A stretch of 64,000 nt of DNA from Limimaricola sp. (GCF_016125575.1 NZ_WGLM01000001.1:201128-265127), one strand, 5' to 3'. Shown: positions 38,593-48,297, counted from the first letter of the stretch. The notes: generated by a model from the letters alone, not told the origin. Made by a program: numbers and translations.

Positions 38593-39188
38593 AACTGATC
38601 GAGACGATGGGCTGGCGCCCGGGCGAGGGGGTGCGCTGGCGCGACCGGCACATGGCGCGGATGGCGGCCTCGGCCGCGCGGCTGGGCCTCTACTTTGAGG
38701 GCGCGGCGGCGGCACGGCTGCTGGACGCGCTGACGGGCGAGGGGGCGCTGCGGGTGCGGCTGACCTTGGGGGCCGACGGGTTCGACCTGACAACCGCGCC
38801 CCTGCCGCCCGCAAAGACGCAATGGCATCTCGCGCTGGCCGAGGAACGGCTTGAGCCGCACGACCCGTGGCTGGGGGTGAAGACGACGCAGCGCGCGCTT
38901 TACGACAGTGCCCGCGCCGCCCTGCCGCCGGGCATCGACGAGGTGCTGTTTCTCAACACCGACGGGCTGCTTTGTGAAGGCACCATCACCAATGTTTTCC
39001 TGACCATGCCCGACGGCGCGCACCTGACCCCCGCGCGGCGCGCGGGCCTGTTGCCGGGCATCCTGCGTGGCGTGTTGCTGGAACAGGGCTGGCGCGAAGC
39101 CGACCTGACGCTGGCCGACCTGCGCGCGGCGCGCGCCGTGGCGGTGGGCAACGCGCTACGCGGCCTGATCCCCGCGCGCCTTGCCTGA
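38553..39188 (+). CDS. pabC: Aminodeoxychorismate lyase / class IV aminotransferase-like
   Basis: LKLIETMGW..., ...GTITNVFL..., GLLPGILR. It follows and overlaps pabB. The start is ambiguous (ATG 38553, CTG 38589 or ATG 38607). Confidence 0.7.
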   Translation: MESAFRGPLPAGLKLIETMGWRPGEGVRWRDRHMARMAASAARLGLYFEGAAAARLLDALTGEGALRVRLTLGADGFDLTTAPLPPAKTQWHLALAEERLEPHDPWLGVKTTQRALYDSARAALPPGIDEVLFLNTDGLLCEGTITNVFLTMPDGAHLTPARRAGLLPGILRGVLLEQGWREADLTLADLRAARAVAVGNALRGLIPARLA

Positions 39189-40379
39189 ATAGAGGTAATC
39201 GCGCGTCAGCGGCACGGACCGCTGGTCGCGGGCAAGCTGGAACTGGAACACCACCTGGTGATCGTGCCGGAACGTCATTTCCGAGGCGATCAGGTAATAC
39301 CGCCACATCCGGCAGAACCGGTCATCGTAAAGTGCGCGTACCTTGTCGATGTTGGCGTCGAACCGGTTGCGCCAGTGCTTGAGCGTTTCGGCATAGTGCA
39401 ACCGCCAGACCTCGATGTCGCAAGGCATCAGGTCTTCCTTCTCCAGCACCTTCAGCACCTCGGACATCGAGGGGATGTAGCCGCCGGGAAAGATGTACTT
39501 GTCGATCCAGGGCGAGGTGGCGCTGGGCGGCGCGGTACGGCCGATGGTGTGGATCAGCGCAACCCCTTCAGGGGTCAGCAGGCGCCGGACGTGGCGGAAA
39601 TACTCGTGGTAATGCGGCACGCCGACATGTTCGAACATGCCGACCGAGACGATGCGGTCGAAGGTTTCGGTCACCTGCCGGTAGTCCTGCAGCCGAAACT
39701 CGACCTGTCCCTCCAGCCCGGCCTCCTTCGCGCGCTGGGTGGCCACGCCGTGCTGTTCGCGCGACAGCGTCACGCCCACCACCTTCGCCCCGAAATCGCG
39801 CGCCAGCGTCAGCGCCATGCCGCCCCAGCCGCAGCCGATATCCAGCACGCGCATCCCCGGCTCCAGCATCAGCTTGCCCGCGATATGCGCCTTCTTCTGC
39901 GCCTGGGCCTGTTCAAGGCTGTCCTCGGGCGTCTTGAAATAGGCGCAGGAATACTGCCGGTCGGTATCGAGAAAGAGGCTGTAAAGCTCGCCCGACAGGT
40001 CATAGTGATGCGCCACGTTGCGCTGGGCGCGCGGCGCTGGGTTGAACTGGTGAAACCGGCGCAGCGCCTTGCGCCCCAGCACGGTGGGCATCTGCATCCA
40101 CGTGGGGCCCGTGGTCGCCGAATTCTTGACTGCCAGCGCGATGAATCCTTCCAGATCATCGCCATCAATCGTCAGGTCGCCGTTCATGTAGCCTTCGCCG
40201 ACGCCCATGTCGGGGTTCAGGCAGATCCGGCGCAAAATTGCAGGGTCATGCACCTCGACGGTGATGGGGGGCGTGTCGTCCTTGCCGTAATGGCGGACCC
40301 GTCCACCGGGCAGCCGCACATCCAGTCGGCCGATCACGATCATGCGCCTTAACATGGCGTCCAGCAAATTTTCCCACAT
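39156..40379 (-). CDS. cfa: Cyclopropane-fatty-acyl-phospholipid synthase family SAM methyltransferase
   Basis: VLDIGCGWGGMA is the SAM motif. 407 aa, CFA synthase-like. Confidence 0.85.
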   Translation of the reverse strand: MWENLLDAMLRRMIVIGRLDVRLPGGRVRHYGKDDTPPITVEVHDPAILRRICLNPDMGVGEGYMNGDLTIDGDDLEGFIALAVKNSATTGPTWMQMPTVLGRKALRRFHQFNPAPRAQRNVAHHYDLSGELYSLFLDTDRQYSCAYFKTPEDSLEQAQAQKKAHIAGKLMLEPGMRVLDIGCGWGGMALTLARDFGAKVVGVTLSREQHGVATQRAKEAGLEGQVEFRLQDYRQVTETFDRIVSVGMFEHVGVPHYHEYFRHVRRLLTPEGVALIHTIGRTAPPSATSPWIDKYIFPGGYIPSMSEVLKVLEKEDLMPCDIEVWRLHYAETLKHWRNRFDANIDKVRALYDDRFCRMWRYYLIASEMTFRHDHQVVFQFQLARDQRSVPLTRDYLYSGKARGDQAA

Positions 40380-40576
40380 CGACCACCTTCCTTCGCGCCC
40401 GCTGCGGGCGCTATGACGATTGTTCTTGAGGTTTTGCGCGAACGGGGCCGAACTTGGTCAAGCTTGGGCGGAATGTAAAGGCCATTGGCCCCGCGATGGG
40501 GCAGGGCGTGCTTGACTTCCCAAGGCGGGCAAGGTGTATCGGCGCGACGAATGACCGCCCCGAAAGGACGCCCAAG

Positions 40577-42361
40577 ATGCATGCCTACCGCAGCCATACC
40601 TGTGCCGAACTGACTAAGGCCGATGTTGGACAGACGGTGCGCCTGTCGGGTTGGGTGAACCGCGTGCGCGACCACGGCGGCATCCTGTTCATCGACCTGC
40701 GCGACCATTACGGCGTCACACAAGTGCTGTGCGACCCCGACAGCCCGGCCTTTGCTGCGGTCGAGAAGGTGCGCGCCGAATGGTGCATCCGCATCGACGG
40801 CGAGGTGAAGGCACGCGACGCCGCGTTGGTGAACCCCAAGCTGCCCACCGGCGAGATCGAGGTCTTCATCCGCGAGATCGAGGTTCTGGGCGCGTCGGCC
40901 GAATTGCCGCTGCAGGTCTTCGGCGATCAGGATTACCCCGAGGAAACCCGCCTGCGCTATCGCTACCTCGACCTGCGGCGCGAGGCGATGCAGGACAACA
41001 TGAAACTGCGCTCGGACGTGGTGCGCTCGATGCGGCAGCGGATGTGGGACAAGGGGTTCCGCGAATACCAGACGCCGATCATCACTGCCTCCAGCCCCGA
41101 GGGCGCGCGCGATTTCCTGGTCCCGAGCCGCCTGCATCCGGGCAAGTTCTATGCCCTGCCGCAGGCGCCGCAGCAGTTCAAGCAGCTGATCATGGTCTCG
41201 GGATACGACAAGTATTTCCAGATCGCGCCGTGCTTCCGCGACGAGGACCCGCGCGCCGACCGTTCGCCGACGGACTTCTACCAGCTCGACCTCGAGATGA
41301 GCTTTGTCACCCAGCAGGACGTTTTCGACACCGTCTCGCCGGTGATCGCGGGCGTTTTTTCCGAGTTTGGCGGCGGCAAGAAGGTGGACGCGCCAGAAAC
41401 CTGGCCGCAGATCAGCTACCGCGATGCGGCGCTGTGGTACGGCACCGACAAGCCCGACCTGCGCAACCCGATCAAGATGCAGGTCGTGTCCGAGCATTTC
41501 CGTGGCTCGGGCTTTGCGATCTTCGCCAAGCTGCTGGAGCATGAGGGCAACGAGGTGCGCGCAATCCCCGCGCCCACGGGCGGCAGCCGCAAGTTCTGCG
41601 ACCGGATGAACGCCTTTGCCCAGAAGGAAGGGCTGCCGGGGATGGGCTATATCTTCTGGCGCAAGGCCGAAGACGGCACGATGGAGGCCGCCGGCCCGCT
41701 GGCCAAGAACATCGGCCCCGAGCGGACCGAGGCGATCCGTCAGCAGCTGGGCCTCGATGTCGGCGATGCGGCCTTCTTCCTGGGCGGCAAGCCTGCCGCC
41801 TTCGAAAAGATCGCTGGCAAGGCGCGCACCGTCATCGGCGACGAGCTGGGCCTGACCGAGAAAGACCGCTTCGCCTTTGCCTGGATCGTCGACTTTCCGA
41901 TCTACCAGAAGGACGAGGAAGGCGGTTACGAGTTCGAGCACAACCCCTTCTCGATGCCGCAAGGGGGCATGGAGGCACTGTCAGGCGATCCGCTGGATGT
42001 GCGCGGCTTTCAGTATGACCTTGCCTGCAACGGCTATGAGTTGGTCAGCGGCGCGATCCGCAACCACAAGCCCGAGATCATGTTCAAGGCCTTCGAGATT
42101 GCCGGTTACGGCGAGGACGAGGTGCGCCGGCGTTTCGGCGGCATGGTCAATGCGTTCCAGTTCGGCGCCCCGCCGCACGGCGGCTGCGCGGCAGGTATCG
42201 ACCGCATCGTGATGCTGCTGGCCGACACCGCCAATATCCGCGAGGTCATCATGTTCCCGATGAATCAGCGCGCCGAAGACCTGATGATGGATGCCCCCTC
42301 GGCACCCACCAACGATCAGTTGCGCGAATTGCGCCTGCGGGTGCTGCCGAAGGAAGAGTGA
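40577..42361 (+). CDS. aspS: Aspartate--tRNA ligase
   Basis: [46 protein letters not shown]. Class II motifs ([14 protein letters not shown]). Confidence 0.97.
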   Translation: MHAYRSHTCAELTKADVGQTVRLSGWVNRVRDHGGILFIDLRDHYGVTQVLCDPDSPAFAAVEKVRAEWCIRIDGEVKARDAALVNPKLPTGEIEVFIREIEVLGASAELPLQVFGDQDYPEETRLRYRYLDLRREAMQDNMKLRSDVVRSMRQRMWDKGFREYQTPIITASSPEGARDFLVPSRLHPGKFYALPQAPQQFKQLIMVSGYDKYFQIAPCFRDEDPRADRSPTDFYQLDLEMSFVTQQDVFDTVSPVIAGVFSEFGGGKKVDAPETWPQISYRDAALWYGTDKPDLRNPIKMQVVSEHFRGSGFAIFAKLLEHEGNEVRAIPAPTGGSRKFCDRMNAFAQKEGLPGMGYIFWRKAEDGTMEAAGPLAKNIGPERTEAIRQQLGLDVGDAAFFLGGKPAAFEKIAGKARTVIGDELGLTEKDRFAFAWIVDFPIYQKDEEGGYEFEHNPFSMPQGGMEALSGDPLDVRGFQYDLACNGYELVSGAIRNHKPEIMFKAFEIAGYGEDEVRRRFGGMVNAFQFGAPPHGGCAAGIDRIVMLLADTANIREVIMFPMNQRAEDLMMDAPSAPTNDQLRELRLRVLPKEE

Positions 42362-42367
42362 TCCTGC

Positions 42368-43207
42368 TCAGCCGTGGCTGGCGGCAGCACGCGCTGCCCG
42401 CCAGTCTTGCAGCCGCAGCAGGCCCATGACGCTGCCCCAGTAGACCAACCACGAGCCAAGCGTCACCATGTCAGGCTGCGCGCGGTATCCGGTCAGGGCC
42501 GAGATCACGCCGCCGATCCGGGCGCCATCGTCCAGCAGCCAGGACGTGTCCCAAAGCGGCATGCCATAGGGGAGCCATCCCAATGAGACCATGCGGCCGA
42601 CGCCATCGGTGAACAGCGCGCATCCCAGAAGCAGCAAGACCACCTCGGACACCTTGAAGAAGCGCCGCCATGGCAAGAACCGGCTGCCCAGTTGCAAAAG
42701 CGCGAAGGTGCCCAGCGCGGCGACAAGACCAACGCCCGCCGCCAGCACCGCACCGACAACCTGACCAGATCCCGACCCGGCCATGATACCGTAAAGAAAC
42801 ACCACCGTTTCGCTGCCCTCGCGTGCCACGGCAATGGCGGCAAGGAAGAAGACGGTCCACCACTGGTTGCGCTGCACCGCGACCGACAGGCCTTCTTCAA
42901 GTTCGCGCTTTAGCGTGCGGCCGTGGCGGCGCATCCACGCCACCATCTGCACGATCAGAACCGCGGCGATCAGCAGCATCGCCATCATCAGGTAATCCTG
43001 CCGCTCGCCGCCGAAGTAGTGAGCGAACCCAAGGATCAACAGCGCGAAGAGCAGCGCGGTTGCCACACCCGCCGCAACGCCGCCCCAGAGGAACGCCGCT
43101 GCGCGACCCGCGGCACGATTGCGCGCCAGCCATGAACTGAGGATGCCGATGATCAGCAGCGCTTCGATGCTTTCGCGCCAGATGATGAAGATGATCTGTC
43201 CGCTCAT
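42368..43207 (-). CDS. FTR1-family high-affinity iron permease (FtrC/EfeU-like)
   Basis: Two REXXE motifs (RESIE, REGSE) and 7 TM segments. Confidence 0.88.
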   Translation of the reverse strand: MSGQIIFIIWRESIEALLIIGILSSWLARNRAAGRAAAFLWGGVAAGVATALLFALLILGFAHYFGGERQDYLMMAMLLIAAVLIVQMVAWMRRHGRTLKRELEEGLSVAVQRNQWWTVFFLAAIAVAREGSETVVFLYGIMAGSGSGQVVGAVLAAGVGLVAALGTFALLQLGSRFLPWRRFFKVSEVVLLLLGCALFTDGVGRMVSLGWLPYGMPLWDTSWLLDDGARIGGVISALTGYRAQPDMVTLGSWLVYWGSVMGLLRLQDWRAARAAASHG

Positions 43208-43212
43208 CGGCG

Positions 43213-43563
43213 TTACTCCTGCCCGACGACGATCACGCCATGGGCGCTGTCCATGTCCTCATGGAACTCGTCAACGAAATCATACTCACCCGCGGGCAAT
43301 CCGCGCAGCGAAAACTGCGTCTCTGTCCCGGGAGCCACTATGATTTCCTTGCGCAGACGCTTGCTTTCGAATTCTGCCGCCGTGGTGCCAGTGTTGCGCA
43401 CGACGATCGTGACAGTGGCACCTGCGGCCAGTTCCAGACGCTGTGGGGCCACGACACCGTCTGTCATCTCGATGACCAATGGGGCGTCACCTTCGGCGCG
43501 CAAGGCGGCTGGGGCGGCTAGGGCAAGGGCGACAAGCAGGGATTTGAACAATACGCGGAACAT
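43213..43563 (-). CDS. Periplasmic cupredoxin-like protein (FtrB / EfeO-N-like)
   Basis: Signal peptide MFRVLFKSLLVALALAAPAALRA. Cupredoxin-like beta sandwich (ATVTIVVRNTG...AEFES...). It lies 5 nt upstream of FTR1. Confidence 0.75.
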   Translation of the reverse strand: MFRVLFKSLLVALALAAPAALRAEGDAPLVIEMTDGVVAPQRLELAAGATVTIVVRNTGTTAAEFESKRLRKEIIVAPGTETQFSLRGLPAGEYDFVDEFHEDMDSAHGVIVVGQE

Positions 43564-43768
43564 GAGACCTTCATCCTCGGGACTGATGAGGGAGTGATAC
43601 CTGATAGAAGAACTCGGGAAAAGAGAAAATTTCCGACAATATCACTCGGGATAAGCGTTCGGTCCGCGCAACTTTCCGCGAAGGGCCCATGCTGCCCCTG
43701 CCGTGATGGCGGGGGGCATGCTACGATTATTCTCTCAGAGGGCGATACAGAGGATGGTGCGAGGCATC

Positions 43769-45151
43769 ATGAGCGCCACATCCACCCTTGCCGCCACCCG
43801 ATTCGGCACAGGTCTGTCGCCCACGGTCCCGCCGCCCTCCGATGCCGCTGCGATCCTTTCCCGATTGGCCGGGCCCGATACCAGCGCCGCCAAATGGCCG
43901 ATCCCCACCTATTCGGCGGCGCATCCGAACCTTGTTGAAATGAACACGCTCTTGCGCGCCGTCCACGCGGCGCGCGGGCAGGGACATGCGGCAGAGGCGG
44001 CGGCGCGCCTGCCCCTGCGCGATGCCTACGTCAAGGCGCGCGCGTTGCGGGCGGCCACGTTGCAGGCCACGCTGGTGCGCGGCGCAGCGGGCGACGACGG
44101 CTTTCGCGAGCGGCTGACATGGTTCTGGGCCGACCATTTCACCACACGGGCAAAGAACGGCAAGCTGCAGCACCTTGTGACACCTTATGTCGAGGAAACC
44201 ATCCGCCCGAATATGGCCGGGTCATTCGCCTCGCTGCTGCGTGCGGTCGTCACCGCGCCGATGATGCTGATGTATCTCGACCAGGTCAGTTCGATCGGGC
44301 CGGACAGCCCGGTTGGCCGCCGTTCTGACAAGGGCCTGAACGAGAACCTCGCGCGCGAACTGATGGAACTGCACACGCTGGGCGTCGATGCCGGCTATAC
44401 GCAGGATGATGTGCGCGAGATGGCCCAGTTGCTGACCGGGCTCAGCTACACCGCCGAGCGCGGCTTTTTCTACGCTCCTGCGCGGGCAGAGCCGGGGGCC
44501 GAGACGGTGATGGGCGTTACCTACGGCGCGGCCTCCAACCTTGCGACGGTTTACAAGGCCATCGACGATCTGGCCGTTCATCCCGCGACGGCGCATCACA
44601 TCAGCACCAAGCTGGCCCGCCACTTCGTCGCCGATGACCCCGACCCGGCGCTGGTCGCCGCGATGGTGGCGGCATTCATCGCATCGGACGGCGACCTGCC
44701 CAGCGTCTATGCGGCGATGCTTGATCATCCGGCGTCGTGGGTGATGCCTGCGCAGAAGGTCAAGCGGCCGCTGCATTTCGTGGTCTCGGCACTTCGCGCC
44801 CTTGAGGTTGCGCCAGAACGGCTTCTGGCGCTCGACTACCGGCTGACGCAACGGCTTGTGGTGGTGCCGATGGGGATAATGGGGCAGGCGTGGGAACAAC
44901 CCACCGGTCCCAACGGCTGGCCCGACGAGGCCGCGGCATGGCTGACGGCCCAAGGTATTGCCGCGCGAATCAACTGGTCCATGCAGGTGCCTGCGCAGCT
45001 GCGCGACGTGCTGCCCGATCCGCGCGATTTCGCGACCGTGGCGTTGGGCCCAGACATACCCGACACCGTGCGCTTTGCCGCCGCGGCGGCAGAGACGCGG
45101 GCCGACGGCGTGGCGCTGGTGCTGCTCTCGCCCGCCTTCCAGAGGAGTTGA
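43769..45151 (+). CDS. DUF1800 family protein
   Basis: NENLARELMELHTLGV and the upstream FW.DHF pattern are typical of DUF1800. The start was chosen at MSATSTLAATRFG. Confidence 0.75.
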   Translation: MSATSTLAATRFGTGLSPTVPPPSDAAAILSRLAGPDTSAAKWPIPTYSAAHPNLVEMNTLLRAVHAARGQGHAAEAAARLPLRDAYVKARALRAATLQATLVRGAAGDDGFRERLTWFWADHFTTRAKNGKLQHLVTPYVEETIRPNMAGSFASLLRAVVTAPMMLMYLDQVSSIGPDSPVGRRSDKGLNENLARELMELHTLGVDAGYTQDDVREMAQLLTGLSYTAERGFFYAPARAEPGAETVMGVTYGAASNLATVYKAIDDLAVHPATAHHISTKLARHFVADDPDPALVAAMVAAFIASDGDLPSVYAAMLDHPASWVMPAQKVKRPLHFVVSALRALEVAPERLLALDYRLTQRLVVVPMGIMGQAWEQPTGPNGWPDEAAAWLTAQGIAARINWSMQVPAQLRDVLPDPRDFATVALGPDIPDTVRFAAAAAETRADGVALVLLSPAFQRS

Positions 45152-45154
45152 GCC

Positions 45155-46393
45155 ATGTTGACACGCCGCCGCCTGTTGCTGACCGGGGCCGCACTTGGCT
45201 GCTCGGCGGCGGCGTCGCCTTGGCTGACGCCAATCGTGCTGGCCGATGCGCCATGGCAGAGCCGGCTGGTCGTGATCGTGCTGCGCGGTGCCATGGACGG
45301 GCTGGACGCGGTGCAGCCGGTGGGTGACCCGGCCTTTGCAGGATTGCGCCCGACGCTGGCCGCCGGTGACGCTGCGCTGCCGCTTGACGGTTTTTACGCC
45401 ATGCATCCGGCGCTGGCCCCGCTGATGCCGCTCTGGCGAAAGGGCGAGCTTGGCTTTGTCCATGCCGTCTCGACACCCTATCGCGACAAGCGCAGCCATT
45501 TCGACGGGCAGGACATTCTGGAGGCCGGGGTCGCCGGCTTGGGCACCGGCGTGCGTGACGGCTGGCTGAACCGGCTGTTGCAGACAACACCGGGAATGGC
45601 TGCGGAAACCGCCTATGCGGTGGGTGTGGACGAAATGCTGATCCTGACCGGCAAGGCACCCTACTTGCACTGGGCGCCGCAGACCCGGCTGGACCTGTCG
45701 GCGCAGGCGCAACGGCTGCTGGGGGTGCTCTATCAGAACGATCCGCCGTTCCGTGCCGCGGCGGACGAAGCTGTTCGCATTGCTCAGGACATTGCCATGA
45801 GCGACGGTGACACCGATGCAGCGATGCCGGGCCCCGATGGGGCCGATGGCACCGGTATGTCCGCAATGGCGCCGCCACCTGCCCGCGCCCCGGCGGTGGC
45901 CGATCATGTGCAGTTGGCGCAATTCGCCGCTGCGCGATTGCGCGGGACCACCCGGATCGCCAGCTTCTCGCTCAGCGGGTGGGACAGTCATGTCGGCCAG
46001 AGCGGGGTGATGAAGCGGATGTTGGGCAAGCTGGCCGAGACGATCCTGGCACTGAAGGCGGGGCTGGGGGACGACTGGGCGCGAACGGGCGTGATCTGCC
46101 TGACCGAGTTCGGGCGCACCGCCTACGAGAACGGGACACGTGGCACCGATCACGGCACAGGCGGCGTGATGGTCTATGCCGGGGGCGCGTTGAAGGGCGG
46201 GCAAGTGGCGGGTAGCTGGCCGGGGCTGGCCGAGGCGCAACTGTACGAATCACGCGACCTGATGTCGACGCGCGATGTTCGCGCCCATGCGGGCTGGATC
46301 ATGCGGGGGCTTTTCGGGGTCGAGACCGGGGTGATCGACCGGGTGATCTTTCCCGGTGTCGATCTTGGTACGGATCCGCGACTAGTGCTTTAG
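45155..46393 (+). CDS. DUF1501 family protein (Tat-exported, sulfatase/alkaline-phosphatase superfamily)
   Basis: Twin-arginine signal MLTRRRLLLTGAALGCSAAA. ...SGWDSH...EFGRT...GTDHG... are DUF1501 hallmarks. It starts 4 nt after DUF1800. Confidence 0.8.
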   Translation: MLTRRRLLLTGAALGCSAAASPWLTPIVLADAPWQSRLVVIVLRGAMDGLDAVQPVGDPAFAGLRPTLAAGDAALPLDGFYAMHPALAPLMPLWRKGELGFVHAVSTPYRDKRSHFDGQDILEAGVAGLGTGVRDGWLNRLLQTTPGMAAETAYAVGVDEMLILTGKAPYLHWAPQTRLDLSAQAQRLLGVLYQNDPPFRAAADEAVRIAQDIAMSDGDTDAAMPGPDGADGTGMSAMAPPPARAPAVADHVQLAQFAAARLRGTTRIASFSLSGWDSHVGQSGVMKRMLGKLAETILALKAGLGDDWARTGVICLTEFGRTAYENGTRGTDHGTGGVMVYAGGALKGGQVAGSWPGLAEAQLYESRDLMSTRDVRAHAGWIMRGLFGVETGVIDRVIFPGVDLGTDPRLVL

Positions 46394-46405
46394 GGGCCGC
46401 GACCG

Positions 46406-46591
46406 TCAGACGGCGGCGTCTTGCGCGGCGGTGACGGCGGCAGGCGCTTGAGAGGTTCGTGTTGCGGCGCCGGGCAGGATTGTGCCGACGATCGCCAGCG
46501 CCAGAAGCAAGGTTCCAGTCATCAGAACCATCCAGTCGATGCGCGCATCCCCGGCATCAGTATGGCAGTAACGTTCCAGCAGGCGATCCAT
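46406..46591 (-). CDS. Small hypothetical single-TM protein
   Basis: 61 aa, MDRLLERYCHTDAGDARIDWMVLMTGTLLLALAIVGTILPG.... AAGAGGA lies about 11 nt upstream of the ATG. It is downstream of the response-regulator gene. Confidence 0.4.
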   Translation of the reverse strand: MDRLLERYCHTDAGDARIDWMVLMTGTLLLALAIVGTILPGAATRTSQAPAAVTAAQDAAV

Positions 46592-46714
46592 CTTGCGCTG
46601 TCCTCTTTCTCGGCGCGGCCCGGCAGACAGATCATGCCGTCGGACCATGCCCGACACTGGCAAGTCGATGCGGCACGATCTGGGCAGGGTTTGGGTGATT
46701 TGCGGGCCGTGGCG

Positions 46715-47443
46715 CTAGAACGGCCCGGGCCGGGCCAGCCGCTCCTCGACCAGTGCGCTCAGGCGCGCCAATGCAGGGTGAAGCGCGGCACCCGTGCGCC
46801 GGCGTGCGGCGACCCGACCTACCGCGTCGCCCAGAACACGGTCGTCGGCGCTGCGTGCAACCCCGCCAAGGAACTGGGTCAGGTAGTCCACCGTTCCGCT
46901 TGCAGGCTGTCCGCGCAGCCGGTCCGAGGCTAGCCGCAGGTCATCCCGAAAGGCCATCGGATCCGGTCGGATCGTTTCGATCCGCGCGGGCACCGGTCCT
47001 GCCTGGGTTCCCAGCGGCCTCATCTCCGGTGGCAGATGGGCCAACAGCGTCGCCTGAAAAGAACCGAGACTGGTGATGGGTTTGGGCAGGAATCCGTCGG
47101 CCCCGGCCGCCAGCGCCCGCGTCTCACCCCCCGGATCGCCGCTGGTGCCCAGCAAGGCCGGGATACGGGGCACGGCGCGGGCGATTTCGGCAATCAGATC
47201 CTCGCCCGCGCCATCGGGCAGGCCAAGGTCCACGATGACCACGGCCGGACGATACACACCCAAGTGCCGCCGTCCTGCCGCGATGCTGTCGGCGCGCCGT
47301 AGCCGGGCGCCGGACCGCTGGCACAAAAGCCGCATCGCCTCGCTGGCGAAACGGCTGTCCTCGACAGTCAGTACGGTCAGGCCGAAAAGCGGCCGGTCGG
47401 GCGGCGCGGGCCGCTGCATGAGAAAGGCGTCGATCTCGTCCAT
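46715..47443 (-). CDS. Orphan response regulator (REC domain + unknown C-terminal domain)
   Basis: 242 aa from the internal ATG (MDEIDAFL...). REC hallmarks are TVED, VVIVDLGLPDG (acceptor Asp) and FLPKP. The C-terminal roughly 110 aa has no output domain I recognise. Confidence 0.75.
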   Translation of the reverse strand: MDEIDAFLMQRPAPPDRPLFGLTVLTVEDSRFASEAMRLLCQRSGARLRRADSIAAGRRHLGVYRPAVVIVDLGLPDGAGEDLIAEIARAVPRIPALLGTSGDPGGETRALAAGADGFLPKPITSLGSFQATLLAHLPPEMRPLGTQAGPVPARIETIRPDPMAFRDDLRLASDRLRGQPASGTVDYLTQFLGGVARSADDRVLGDAVGRVAARRRTGAALHPALARLSALVEERLARPGPF

Positions 47444-47588
47444 GGTTATGTCCCCCGGGGATTGGTGATGGCAGTCACGCAGCCGAGTGAACACCGGCGA
47501 GGTTAATGAAGTCCCAACGTGGCTGCGCCCCGGTTGCCTTGCGCGCACGCCCGGCCTACATCGGGGCAACCCCAGAAGGAGCCTCACC

Positions 47589-47993
47589 ATGATCGGCCGC
47601 CTCAACCATGTCGCCATCGCCGTGCCGGATCTGCCCTCCGCCATCGCGCAATACCGCGACGCGCTGGGCGCCGAAGTGGGCGCGCCCCAGGACGAACCCG
47701 ACCACGGGGTGACGGTGGTCTTCATCACCCTGCCAAACACCAAGATCGAGCTACTGCATCCGCTGGGCGAAGGTTCGCCCATCGCGGGGTTCCTGCAGAA
47801 GAATCCGTCAGGTGGCATCCACCATGTCTGCTACGAGGTCGAGGATATCCTCGCCGCGCGCGACCGCCTCGCCGCCACCGGCGCGCGGGTGCTGGGCGAC
47901 GGCACGCCCAAGATCGGCGCGCATGGCAAACCGGTGCTGTTCCTGCATCCGAAGGATTTCAACGGCTGCCTGATCGAGCTGGAGCAGGTCTGA
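47589..47993 (+). CDS. mce: Methylmalonyl-CoA epimerase (VOC/glyoxalase fold)
   Basis: MIGRLNHVAIAVPDLPSAIAQYRD...IELLHPLGE...GGIHHVCYEV...FLHPKDFNGCLIELEQV. Confidence 0.9.
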   Translation: MIGRLNHVAIAVPDLPSAIAQYRDALGAEVGAPQDEPDHGVTVVFITLPNTKIELLHPLGEGSPIAGFLQKNPSGGIHHVCYEVEDILAARDRLAATGARVLGDGTPKIGAHGKPVLFLHPKDFNGCLIELEQV

Positions 47994-48015
47994 TCGTAAC
48001 CCGAAAGGCCATTAA

Positions 48016-48291
48016 ATGAACTGGTTCTCCGCAATCATCCTGCTCGCCGTCACGTGGTGGCTGGTCTTCTTCATCGTGCTGCCGCTACGGCTGGTCACCC
48101 AAGGCGAGGATGGCAAGGTCGAGCACGGCACGACGGCCTCGTCGCCGGCCAGTTTCAGCTTTCGCCGCAAGGCGAAGATCACCACGATTTGGGCCTTGCT
48201 GATCTGGGCGGGCCTCTGCGCGATCATCGTATCGGGTGTGATCACGCTTCAGGATATCGACCTCTTCCACCGCTTCAACCCGCCGCACTGA
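48016..48291 (+). CDS. DUF1467 family membrane protein
   Basis: MNWFSAIILLAVTWWLVFFIVLPL... has 2 TM segments. Its position after mce is typical for alphaproteobacteria. Confidence 0.8.
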   Translation: MNWFSAIILLAVTWWLVFFIVLPLRLVTQGEDGKVEHGTTASSPASFSFRRKAKITTIWALLIWAGLCAIIVSGVITLQDIDLFHRFNPPH

Positions 48292-48297
48292 GGCCGG

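Noticed and set aside
43701-43730. Pho-box-like units (CCGTGAT..GGGGCAT..CGATTAT) upstream of DUF1800
   Set aside because: The spacing is 12 nt rather than 11 nt and the matches are 4-5 of 7. The segment may be coding if the gene starts at 43703.
44222-46240. 672-aa minus-strand ORF, together with similar long ORFs at 21371..23131 and 40349..41962
   Set aside because: They are antisense to DUF1800/DUF1501, to ureE-G and to aspS respectively. All have Arg/Pro/Gly-rich translations without recognisable domains.
47504-47520. CtrA-box-like TTAA-N7-CCAAC between the response regulator and mce
   Set aside because: The second half-site matches only 3 of 5 positions of TTAAC. It is a single occurrence.
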